A stretch of 64,000 bases of DNA from Lama glama (lineage: Eukaryota), in assembly GCA_028534125.1 (NCBI GenBank), contig CM052817.1:88600001-88664000 (forward strand), read 5' to 3'. Shown piece after piece: positions 53,921 to 64,000 of the stretch (position 1 is the stretch's first letter; each line of letters opens with the position of its first letter). The notes under the pieces are model-generated. The model saw only the letters and a program-made list of their open reading frames with translations, did not search any database and had not been told where the DNA came from. The translations under genes were made by a program, and so were the position numbers.

Positions 53921-55911
53921 AACTGTTTATAACTACTTGTTTTGAAAAGTAAAAAGACACAGCCTAGCTCTACAAATATACTTTCTTGACATCATCTTCC
54001 TTGAAAGAACTGTTTTAATACTTAAGTTTTCTTAATTATTTTTAAATTATCTTGATAAAATATTTCCATGTTGTTCTTAATACTATTCAAAAATTAAAAA
54101 TATAAAGGCTTAATTTTTATAATTGGTATTTATTTACAATATTTTAAAATATATATAATTTTAACTGAGATGTTTTATGAAGAGCATTTTTAAGAAAAAA
54201 AATAAAATTAGCAAATATCCAGAAAGCCATGAATTTTTATGCTTACGTGGAAAACCCCATTAATAGGAAATGATTTCATAGATAGGAATTGTGAATTAGT
54301 AATGTTATCATCATATTTTATTACATCTTTGTGCTTAGATCATTAAGATTGATTATTTAATTAGCCTGTAGTTTAGCAATACATTGTAGTATATATACAA
54401 TTTTGCTAATAAAAATGCCTGTACTCTTTTTCAGCCATTTACTAAAAGAGACAAGTGAGAATAACTTTTTGCCATCTTCTATAAGTACTGAATGCTATTT
54501 TTATAAATGTCACAAAATCAAACTTAGGTAAATCATGAATTTAGTCTGGATTTGTGTTTATTTGAAACAGACTAATTATGAGTCTTCCATTTCTATCAAG
54601 TAGAATAATCCAGGAAAAATCTCTTTTTTAAGCTAGAATTCTAAACTGAATAAGGTAAATGAAAATAGTTTTTTATTTAAAAAGATGAAATCCAAATGAT
54701 TTGAAAATGTCACAACAGTAAAATCTTGGCTTATTTTATAAGTGTTAAAGACTCATTTGCTTGTGGAAGACTAAAAATGTAATTAATATCATAAATATTA
54801 CTATAAGAGATTTACGTTGAAATATCTGGTACCCCCATGTGTTTAGTCAAGACAAGTAGTTCTTAAAACCCAATAGTCAAAGGGAGTTTCTCAGAGAAAA
54901 ACTAAAAGCAGAGGAAGAGCCTGTGAATTGCTGAAAGACCCATGTTTTCAAAGACTTGTTCTATATTTTGTCTAGATTTTATTGTATTCAGAAGTTTAAT
55001 CATGTAATTGCCATTTTCTAAAAATAAGGAATTTACAGAAACCAGTAATTATAATAATTGGCCAATAATTACAACATAACAATAGACAAGTTTTGATAGA
55101 GTTTAAATATCAGTCTGTAGCACTCTTTTCTCTTGGACAGTTGCTTGTGACCTGTATTCTGATAGATTTTTCTGATAGATTCTGATAGACTTTCCACTAG
55201 ATATCCAACTCGATCTCTACCATATCACATGGCAACATGATTGTTACAATGTATACAATATACTGTGATTTTAAATACTGCTTTTTCATACTTCCACTTT
55301 TCATGTATCCCAGAAGAAAACCCTGTCCAGTGTATTTGTGTTTGTATAGTGAAATACGATTTAGTTCAGATAATGTGTTTGTAAGCAATAGAAGCAAACT
55401 TTGACTAATGCAGTATGAAAAAGGATGGCATATTTAGTTCAGAATCCACAGAAGAGTAAAATAAACAATCTTTGGGAAAAACAAGAGTCAGGGTATCTCT
55501 TGGGAACCTTAAGTAGAAGAAGACTTTCATTTGATTGTTAAGTCCTAACTCCTTTGAGTATCCTCTGCCTCTTCACGTAAGACTCAAATTATGGTACATA
55601 TAGTGTAATAGCTCCAGCTTTACTTGGCTGTTTCTACTGTGTTTGGGACAAGAGTAAGGCAAAGGCAGATTCCTAAGGAAGGGATGACAGTCTGGAATAA
55701 CATATCTACTAAAAATAAGGCAAAACTCAAGATATTTACCAACAACTTCTTCATGCTACTATGTTTGAATTTTACCTACCATGAGCTGAAACTGATGTGA
55801 AGTAATATTGTGAAACTGGCAGAGGTTCTTTCCTGCTCTTGGCTTAAAGATTCTCCACTGAGAATTCTGGGTACCTTCTCTTTTATACTTCACTGGAATT
55901 CATCTACAGTA

Positions 55912-55917
<6 letters not shown>

Positions 55918-55943
<26 letters not shown>

Positions 55944-55947
55944 ATTA

Positions 55948-55983
<36 letters not shown>
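55918..55983 (+). repeat. Compound (TAA)n-(ATG)12 trinucleotide microsatellite
   Basis: (TAA)n 55918-55944 followed by (ATG)12 55948-55983. Confidence 0.95.
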
Positions 55984-56859
55984 TAGTAAAGAGTGGTATC
56001 TCTTGAAAATCCAAAGATTTTCTTTCAGAAAAAAAGTATGAAAATACTTGCATAATGAAATCTGAAATGTAACTAAAATATAGTACCTCCTGTCTTTTAC
56101 AAATTGATACGATATTACTAACTCACAGATTAAGTTAAAGCTTTGAGCAGGCTTTTTAGTTTTTTGAGGACTGAGGCACCAGGGTCTCCTCCTCCAGGTA
56201 GATTTGCAATCGAATTTCATGGCATAGTTAGCCAATGCCATAGTTACAGTCTGAAAGTCAATGAAAATAGTTGACTGAAATTCAGCTCTTTAGTCCCCCA
56301 TGTTCTCATTATTTTCTAACCAGCCCTCACTTAATTGTATTCAGAGCAATGCTACACTTAAGGAATTTTTTTTTTAAGTCAGAGGCTAAAAAGTGATTCT
56401 AAAATAAATAACAAATCCAAGCCTGACAATTATGATGAATTATAGAGACAATTAAATCATGATGCATGTGATCTCATTTAAAGCATGCTTATTTTAGTGA
56501 TTATATATAGTAATACATGTTCATCACAGAGTTTTAAAAAATACTCTAAGGGTGTACAAAAGGATAAGAAAAATCATCCATAAGCCCATCATATTATGAA
56601 ATAATTAGCATGGGATGAAATAGGGATCAGAGAAAAGTTGCTTTTCAATCTACAACACAAGCTGCTGTTCTCCTAACTATAATGTATACATACCTACTAT
56701 ATATATAAAATATATCCTTTTATATAATTTATAGTACATATTTTATTGTGATTGGTTTCCATTTTCCTAGATATGTTTTAAATGCATATGTATTTTTAAA
56801 GGTTTTGGAGTCACACATATAATCTTTTAAAAGTTCCAGGTCTCAAAGAGTCTTCGGTT

Positions 56860-56975
56860 ACTGTCTCTATGTAACGGGCATAATTCCTGCCTCTCAGGGT
56901 TCTCATGAGGATTTCAGCTATTAACTAAGAAAAAGGCTTATAGTAACTGGCACAGAGTGGTAAATAAATGTTTAA
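56860..56975 (+). mobile_element. MIR 3' fragment
   Basis: 'cctgcctctcagggttctcatgaggatt...ctggcacagagtggtaaataaatgtt'. Confidence 0.65.
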
Positions 56976-57857
56976 AAATATTAAATATATATATAATATT
57001 CTACCCAATATTATATACTAACTTTTTTTAACTATATATTTGAAGGATAGGTTTTTTCCTACTTTTTGAAAATATAAATAACTTACATCTTTTATATAGT
57101 GCTTACAATATTTGATACCACTAAACTATGTTTTATACATTATTCATTTTTAGAATAATTTAATGTTCTATTATATTAGCAAAGATAATGGAAAGTGAAG
57201 TTTTAAAAAATGGGAAATGTTTTCACGCTGCATATAATAATGAAATTTGAGTGGCATCATTCAGCAATTTCTAATGTTTCTAAATCTATCTTCTTTTTCC
57301 TTATTTCATTTCAAATTATCATATAATTAATGCTTTTTTATTTGGGGAAATATCTAAATATTATAATTAAAATTGCACAATGTGCTTTATCCTGTAATAA
57401 AAAGAGCATCATTAAGTGGAGCATTTTTAAATGCAAATTATCTGTAACATAATAGAAATGGAACTCCTTTTTTATACTTTCCAGGGTGGTGATTCTAGGA
57501 TGTTAATTATGAATAAGCTCTATGTGAATCACAAAAATTTTAACCAAGTAATAGGAACAAACTGAAAACAAGTTATGCCACTTCCAATGCCTCCTTTACT
57601 CTTGTGTAGAACCTGCCTGTGCCTCAGAGCATGTCTTATCTGATACACACACACACAGGCCATCCTAAACCCAGAAAGGACCAGTGCCCCTTCTAGACCA
57701 TGGACAGCCACTTCCACAACATCCATGTGAGAAATGATCCAAAGAGGTAAGAACTTGGGTTGGTCTGTGTTTTTGATATTATTTTGTACCTTGTTTTTGT
57801 AGTTATTAATTGCACAGATTTAGAAGACTGTTAGTGGTAAATATTGTCCAAAATGTT

Positions 57858-58100
57858 ACACAGACTTACTGATACAGAGAAGCGAGGAGGGACAAATTAG
57901 AGGTATGGAATTAACAGATACAAACTACTATGTATCAAATAGATAAGCAACAGGATATACCGTATAGAGCAGGGAACGACAGTCATTACCCTTTAATAAC
58001 TTATAATGGAGCATAATCTGCAAAAATACTGTATCACTATGCTGAATATCTGAAACTAATATAATATCGTGAATCAATTATACTTCAATTAAAAAAATTT
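57858..58100 (+). mobile_element. L1 3' UTR (L1MA9-derived, laurasiatherian type)
   Basis: 'gggacaaattagaggtatggaattaacagatacaaactactatgtatcaaatagataagcaac...ctgaaactaatataatatcgtgaatcaattatacttcaatt' then A-tail. Confidence 0.88.
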
Positions 58101-58239
58101 TTAAAGGAAAAAAAAATCCTTGAGATTGCCTACAATAATGCATTTACCCAAAGGTCTATATTTAAATTTAAAAAAAACAGTAGCATTAATTTTTTTTCCA
58201 TAGAGGTATAGACAGGCAGAAGGGGAATAGAATTATTAT

Positions 58240-58400
58240 GCCAGAGAAAAAGCCAGGAATCAAATCCTTCCTCTGCGACTTACAATTTGAGGCTGTGTCC
58301 CTGCTTTATCTCTCTGAGCTTCAGTCTTTAACATACATAATAGAAATTATGCTATCAACCTAACTTGCTGTTTTACAGGAGTCTGTGTGATAATATATAC
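58240..58400 (+). mobile_element. MIR fragment
   Basis: 'tcaaatccttcctctgcgacttac...tctctctgagcttcagtc'. Confidence 0.6.
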
Positions 58401-58789
58401 ATTTGTTTTGTGTACATGTCATAGAGTACACTCTAAAATTGGTTTTATTAAGGTTGTAAGAAGATATCAGAGATTACATAGATTTATTTCTTCCTAGGAG
58501 GTATATTACCTCCTCTCTGGTATAAGCTCAATTTTAACAAGCTACTGAAATCACTGAAGGTAATTTAATTTCAGGAAAAAACATGATTTTAAATTTCTCT
58601 CTTTGTAGCAATTTATATTTTTTAATAAAAACCAAGATTCATTTAACTAATGTAACTTTTAGGCGATAAGAGATTTATAAACTTCTCTCACTTTGGTTGT
58701 AACTTTTATAATTATAATTTTTGTCTCTTTTTTCTGTGATGTTACTTTTCCCCCAGCCTCCATCAATAAAATATGTTTTCAAATTTAGA

Positions 58790-60665
58790 TTTTAAATACT
58801 TTGTATATAATAAGTGTAGACATTCATGTTTGTATGTATTCTGTTGGTATTTACCAAGCTTGGTGTTCTCCGAGCTGTTATGAACTTGTGTGGCTGGCAT
58901 TTTTTTATTATTTGTTTTTGTTTTGTTTTGTTATTTTCTTTGTTGTTGTTGTTGTTGGAAAATTCTCAGCCATTATCTCTTCATTATTTTCTCTGCCCAT
59001 TTTCTGTCTCTCTCTTTTTTTTTTTTTTTCTTGGATTCCTTCTGTCCTTCTGGGATTCCAGATACAAGTTTGTTTGGATTACTCGAATTTGTCCTGCAGC
59101 CCATCAGTTTTCTATTCTTTGTGAGTTGTTTTTTGTTTGTTTAACTCTTATTTCTCTTTGTTTTTCAGTTTTGGTAATGTATATTGACCTATCATTAAAT
59201 TCAGTAATTCTTTCCTTGGCTTGGTATTAACATAATCCCAAAGAAATAAAGTAATTCTTTTAGGTCTATTGATGAATACATCAAAGTTACTATTCTCTAT
59301 TAATGTAATTTTTTTTTCAACATTGCAATTTGACTCTTCCTTTTAAGACTCATCTCTGCTTGAAATTCACCGCCACGTTATGCAAAGCCCTTAACAAATT
59401 AATCAAAGTGTTAAATTTTCTCTCAGACATTTCTAACATCTGGGTTACAAGTGGCTTTGATTCTTCAGGTTGTTTTGTCTCTTTAGACAGTGTTTTTGTC
59501 TTTTGGGTAAGTATGTGCATTTTTGTTTCTTAATTTTAGTAGAGAGGTAGACATCTTGTGCACCTCTTGAGACAATGGTAGTTTTTTTTTTCCTGGAAAC
59601 TGTTATAACTCTTCTTCTGCTAAGCCTTTAGCATGTGGGAGTCCAACTGTGACTGTTTTATTGTGGGTGTCGCTACCTCAAATGGTTCTGTTTAAAATTT
59701 TTTCTAGTGTTTCCTTGTGCTCAGGCTGAAGACTGGTTTTCCATTTTTTTCTTCTTTTTCCCCAGTATCTCCTCCAACAGTTTTACATCTTCCTATATAT
59801 CTTTTCCTTAAAGGGAGTCTCTCTCCACTCTCACCCCACCCCAGTGTTATTTTCCTGCTCTTTGCTCTATGCTTCCTAGCTTGGTCATGGGTGGTGGGAG
59901 AGGGTGTTCTTTGTTGTCCTGTATAGTCTGTCTTGAGCCGCCTTTAGGTTTCAGGCGTGAGGGGCTTTTCAACGATCCTGTCCCTTCCGCAGCAATGGGA
60001 TATGGCCTACATGTCAGGGCCCAGTATGGTTTCCTGCTCCTCCCTGAGTGTTAGGGGTTGCCTTCTTTTCCTTGTCCATCATGGGGATTCTCCTTGCTCC
60101 ATGTGTGACCATTTGCTGCCCTCCCACAGCTCCTTAAGTCTTTAGTTCCAGAGAGGAAAACTATCACGTGAGGCTTTACAGTTTTCCCATAGCAGCTGCT
60201 GCACCCCTCCTGCATGACTGCACCACATTCCTTTGTATATAATTCACAAAGAAAAGCTTTTTCCTCTATCTTGTCTTGCTCTTAATCTTTCTCATGAGCA
60301 CATTGTAAAGGACTGTGGAAAAGAACCTACAAGTAGACACAGACTCCTCTCGTGTCTGTGGCTACCAGTGTGTCTATGCTCTCAAGCTAGCATACACCCA
60401 GCCCTTAGCAGTCCATCCCAAAAATTTAGTTGAATTTCACTTTACTTACATGGCAGCCCTATCCTCTTTTGTTCTTTGTCTTATTTTCTCTTTCTCATTG
60501 GAAGCACTTGTCTTTTCTTCGATATCAGTCACAGATTGTCCTTTGACCTCAGTGCATTGATGGATTAAAGAAAAGCTATGATTTTACAGTTTTTTCTCTC
60601 TTATTGTCAGGGTGGGAGTGATGCTCATTCCAGCTTTTCCTTTCCTAAATAGGAGCTGAAAGTCC
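58790..60665 (-). mobile_element. Old L1 5' region (5' UTR plus ORF1 remnant, L1M4/L1MC-like)
   Basis: 'ggaaaattctcagccattatctcttca', 'ccttctgggattccagatac', 'tattgacctatc', terminus 'gggagtgatgctcattccagcttt...gagctgaaagtc'. Confidence 0.75.
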
Positions 60666-61154
60666 CTTGTGTGTACATAATAAATTACAGGTATTGACAA
60701 TTGTTAATTATATGTAAATGAAAGATACATTATGTATAAAAAGATATATAGCTAATTTTAGTCTGGCCAGTTTTTAAAAAATTATTACTGTTCTAACACT
60801 AAAAGAAAATAAAGGAGTTAAAGTATTATTTAGCAAGTGCAAAATGAATTTCTCAAAATCACAACCTTAATTAAAAGGAAGAATAAATCAAAATGTGAGT
60901 AAATCTGCTGAAGGTGTCAGTAAAATAAAGTTATGGGTTATTGTTCTCCAATTCACAGGCACTCTTTATTTTATTAAGGAAAAAAAGAGTACATAATATT
61001 TGTTTTTGTTAATCAAATAGTGTATTTGTGCCTAATCTAATAGAAGTTGAGCAACAGCATCACGTACATAAAATAAAGAGATACAATGCTTGTCATTGAT
61101 ATTACTGTTGTTACTTCTGTTAGAATTATTGACATTATAGGTCTTTAAGGTAAT

Positions 61155-61756
61155 TGCGTTAGTTATCTATTTCTGTGTAATAAATGCAAAAGACCTAATG
61201 GCCTAAAGCAAACTTCTCTAATTATCTCATTGTTTCTGTGGATCATGAATCTGGATACATGTATCAGCGGGCTTTTCTGCTCAGTCTCACAAAGATGCAG
61301 TCAAAGCAATAGCCAGGCTGCAGTTCCATTTGACGTTCAAAATCCTCTTCCAAGCTCATTGGTTGTTGACAGAATTAAGTTCCTTGCGGTTGTGGGGCTG
61401 AGATCTCCCCTTTCTTTTTGGCTTTCAAACCAAAGGCTATTTTCAACTTCTACAGGCTGTCCCCATCCCTGACATGTGGTCTTCTGGACAACATAGAACT
61501 CTGTTACTTCAAGGTCAGCAGTAAAAATTCTCTCCCTTGAAGTCTCTTTAATCTCTTTTAAGGGGTTTGCCTCATTAGGACAAGCTCACCCAAGTTAATC
61601 TCCTGATTAACTCAAAGTCAAGTGAGTGATCACAGGAGTGCCATTCCATGATAGTCACTCACTATCCTACTCACATATCCACAGGCAGGAATTATACAGG
61701 ACTCACTCAGCAAGGGGTAGGAATTTTGGAGGCTATCCTAAATGCTTTCTATCACA
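61155..61756 (-). mobile_element. MaLR solo LTR, MLT1E/F-like, with TSD
   Basis: 'tgcgttagttatctatttctgtgtaa...gtttctgtggatcatgaatctg...gacagaattaagttccttgcggttgtggggctgag...tatcaca'; TSD gtaat (61150-61154) / gcaat (61757-61761). Confidence 0.85.
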
Positions 61757-61884
61757 GCAATCTTACTCTTCTATGGGATAACAATTATGTAAAAGTCAAA
61801 ACACGCCTTGCAACATATTGCATTGATTATATAAGGATTTTGTTGGTATGATATTTGTGAACGTATTTGACAATAGATCAAATA

Positions 61885-61990
61885 TCTATTGTCCTGTGGG
61901 AGAGGATAATGAAATGTGAGTGGAAGTGGCATGTGTCTCTTCTGAGCAGAATCTGTAAGAGCCAGCAGATGCTTATCTACAGTTTTCTTG
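61885..61990 (+). mobile_element. MLT1 (H/J-like) fragment
   Basis: 'aatgaaatgtgagtggaagtggcatgtgtctcttctgagcagaa'. Confidence 0.5.
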
Positions 61991-64000
61991 AGTCAGCTTG
62001 GTTGGAGGCATTGCCTTTTCTTTTTATGTCCCAACCATATTTTTAGGTAATAAAAATGCCTCCAAATATCATTTCTATATGTTTCTTTAATCCCATAAGA
62101 ATATCATAGTTTATTCAACAACTTTCAATGTTTGGATATTTTACTCATAGACTATAATACCTGAAATGTAATTTGAGTTAAAGTGCATCATATTCTAAGA
62201 CTTTTGATCACATTGCCAGTAGTTCTTGCACGGATTATCATACTAATTACTGCCTTCAACAGTGATGCCAGTATCCGTTATCAGCTGACCACTTCCAGGT
62301 CATGAGCTTTATGTAGCATAAGTAAATTGGTACAATTTTATTTGTTCCTATTTCAAACCTTCTATCTGTCAGGCTAAGACATTGATTGATATTGTTATAT
62401 TTTAAATGTAGTTCATAATGGTTAAGGATTTCAGTGAACTGTATTTGTAGAATGCTTTATAATTATCTTTGCAATTTATATTTCATTGTATAAATGTTTG
62501 AAGTGTCCTGCATGCATCCTCTGATAATGTGATGATTTATTCTATACCTCAGTATATCATTTTGCTTAATCAATTGTTGTGTAGTCTTCATTTGAAATAT
62601 TTGTTTAAGAATGAATATTTAGATACCCTTCCTTCTGAGTGTTTGAATATATGGTAATAACTTCCTAGGCATTCACAAATAAATTACAATATGTCTGGGT
62701 ATATTATTTGGTGTGTTGCTTTGTATAATGATTTGAACACAAAGTAGATGACGTTCCGTTATCTCCTGATTTTGGCTATGTCATGAAGAACTTTTTGATT
62801 TTTTCTCCTTCTGTGGAAAACAAGTTCATATTTGCTCTCTGGTTATAGGTAAGAGTCTCTCTTTTATTTACATATTATAAAACAAAACACAATTTTCAGA
62901 CTACATGTAATAGCCATTGTGTTATACACGTCCACATCCATTCTACCTCTCTCTCTCTCATTTTGTAATACTTATGCCATTTGTAGGGTTCTCCTAGTTA
63001 TGAGAAGAACTAAATTAATCCAAGTTGACCATGATAACACCTGGGTTTAATTATTCACTGCATGTTCATTATCTGTATAAACTGATTCAATCATGGACAT
63101 GAGATCTTTTTAGAATTGTTTTTTTCCCTCACAGGTCTTACTTAAGATGAAAGGCTAACTGATACCAGTTTAAATATGTTTCCATTTCTAGTTTGGCATT
63201 ATGAAAAACAAATATCCTGAAGGCCCCAAATTGTCAAATATCAAGATAGTTCTAAATCAATATCTGAGTTTCAAGAAATTTAAGTTACTCTCGAGAGGAA
63301 AAAAACCTTAAAAAGAAGTGTACAAATTTATGCTGCATTTACCCTGGACCATTTTGTCAGTTCTGATCTTGAAATTACTCCTTAGAATTTATAACTATAA
63401 ACCTAAAATTTGGGATTCACATTTATATGACAAACGTGGATCAGGAAATCTGCAGCCAAAAACAACATAAAATAGGGCCCCAGCCCAGTGATACGTCAGG
63501 AAATTAAGACAGTAGCAAAAGCAAACAGGCTCTGGAGGGACAGGTTTTCGATAGATAAGATTAGCTCATAATCCCAAATTATAAAACATGCAAAAAAAAC
63601 AAATCTACGGTATGAGGAAATTAGCAAACATAACAAGCAGTGATATTAGATCGTCTGAGCTTCCCATTACACAAATACTGAACAGAGACACAGGAATAAA
63701 TACATTTAGTTTGGTGAACACCTTGTTGACTATAAAGAAAATGTCTCTATTTGACAAGTGACCACAGGACTACCAGTTTATGATCTTTACAAAATATTTC
63801 ACTGTGTGAGTATAGTAATTTATGAGACTTCCTTCTATTTAATTAAGAGCTTCACGTCTAAGTCCTCCACACTTATCTTTCCTACATTGTATTTATAGAC
63901 AAACAGGTGAGATACGGTTGCATTTAGACTACTTAATAATAAATAGTGAAGATATTTTATGTAATTATCATCACAACACAACTCAAACTGTCTCCCTTAG

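Noticed and set aside
55945..56241. Minus-strand ORF ending in 12 histidines (His-tag-like)
   Set aside because: It is the reverse complement of a natural (ATG)12 microsatellite next to (TAA)n; no vector or engineered context
58801..60560. Hydrophobic Phe/Leu-rich ORFs resembling membrane proteins
   Set aside because: Antisense reading of the T-rich strand of an L1 ORF1/5' region
63980..64000. Window ends in acceptor-like 'ctgtctcccttag'
   Set aside because: Downstream sequence is unavailable, so it cannot be evaluated
1..64000. CRISPR arrays, tRNA/rRNA genes, processed pseudogenes, NUMT or viral coding inserts
   Set aside because: By eye I found no regularly spaced repeats, cloverleaf or rRNA motifs, long ORFs or recognisable non-TE peptides; small ncRNAs cannot be excluded without an Infernal/Rfam scan

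Overview
AT-rich, CpG-depleted mammalian genomic DNA that looks intronic or intergenic. I cannot support any cellular protein-coding gene, RNA gene, CRISPR array or prokaryotic system. Nearly all ORFs in the track are chance ORFs or decayed transposon sequence; the only recognisable peptide is a LINE-1 ORF2 C-terminus (21176-21418). The window is a layered transposon record: L2, MIR, old L1M, MLT1/MLT2 and LTR16 LTRs, an ERV1-type solo LTR, MER5/MER94/Tigger2-type DNA elements, and younger 5'-truncated L1 3' ends. I saw no Alu, B1/B2, Bov-A/Bov-tA, PRE-1, ERE or Can-SINE, which with the young L1 3' UTRs suggests a laurasiatherian, most plausibly a camelid (inference). The most notable items are an L2 with an apparent 5' inversion (3440-6810), a CpG- and motif-dense promoter-like patch (24850-25065), a four-layer nested insertion stack with an L1 strand switch (31670-34640), an orphan L1 5' UTR with ~300 bp monomers (41680-43460), and repeat-poor tracts that may hold conserved non-coding elements. 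Repeat family names come from my recollection of consensus sequences, not from a search, and boundaries are approximate unless a target-site duplication (TSD) is quoted. I found no convincing novel biological system.
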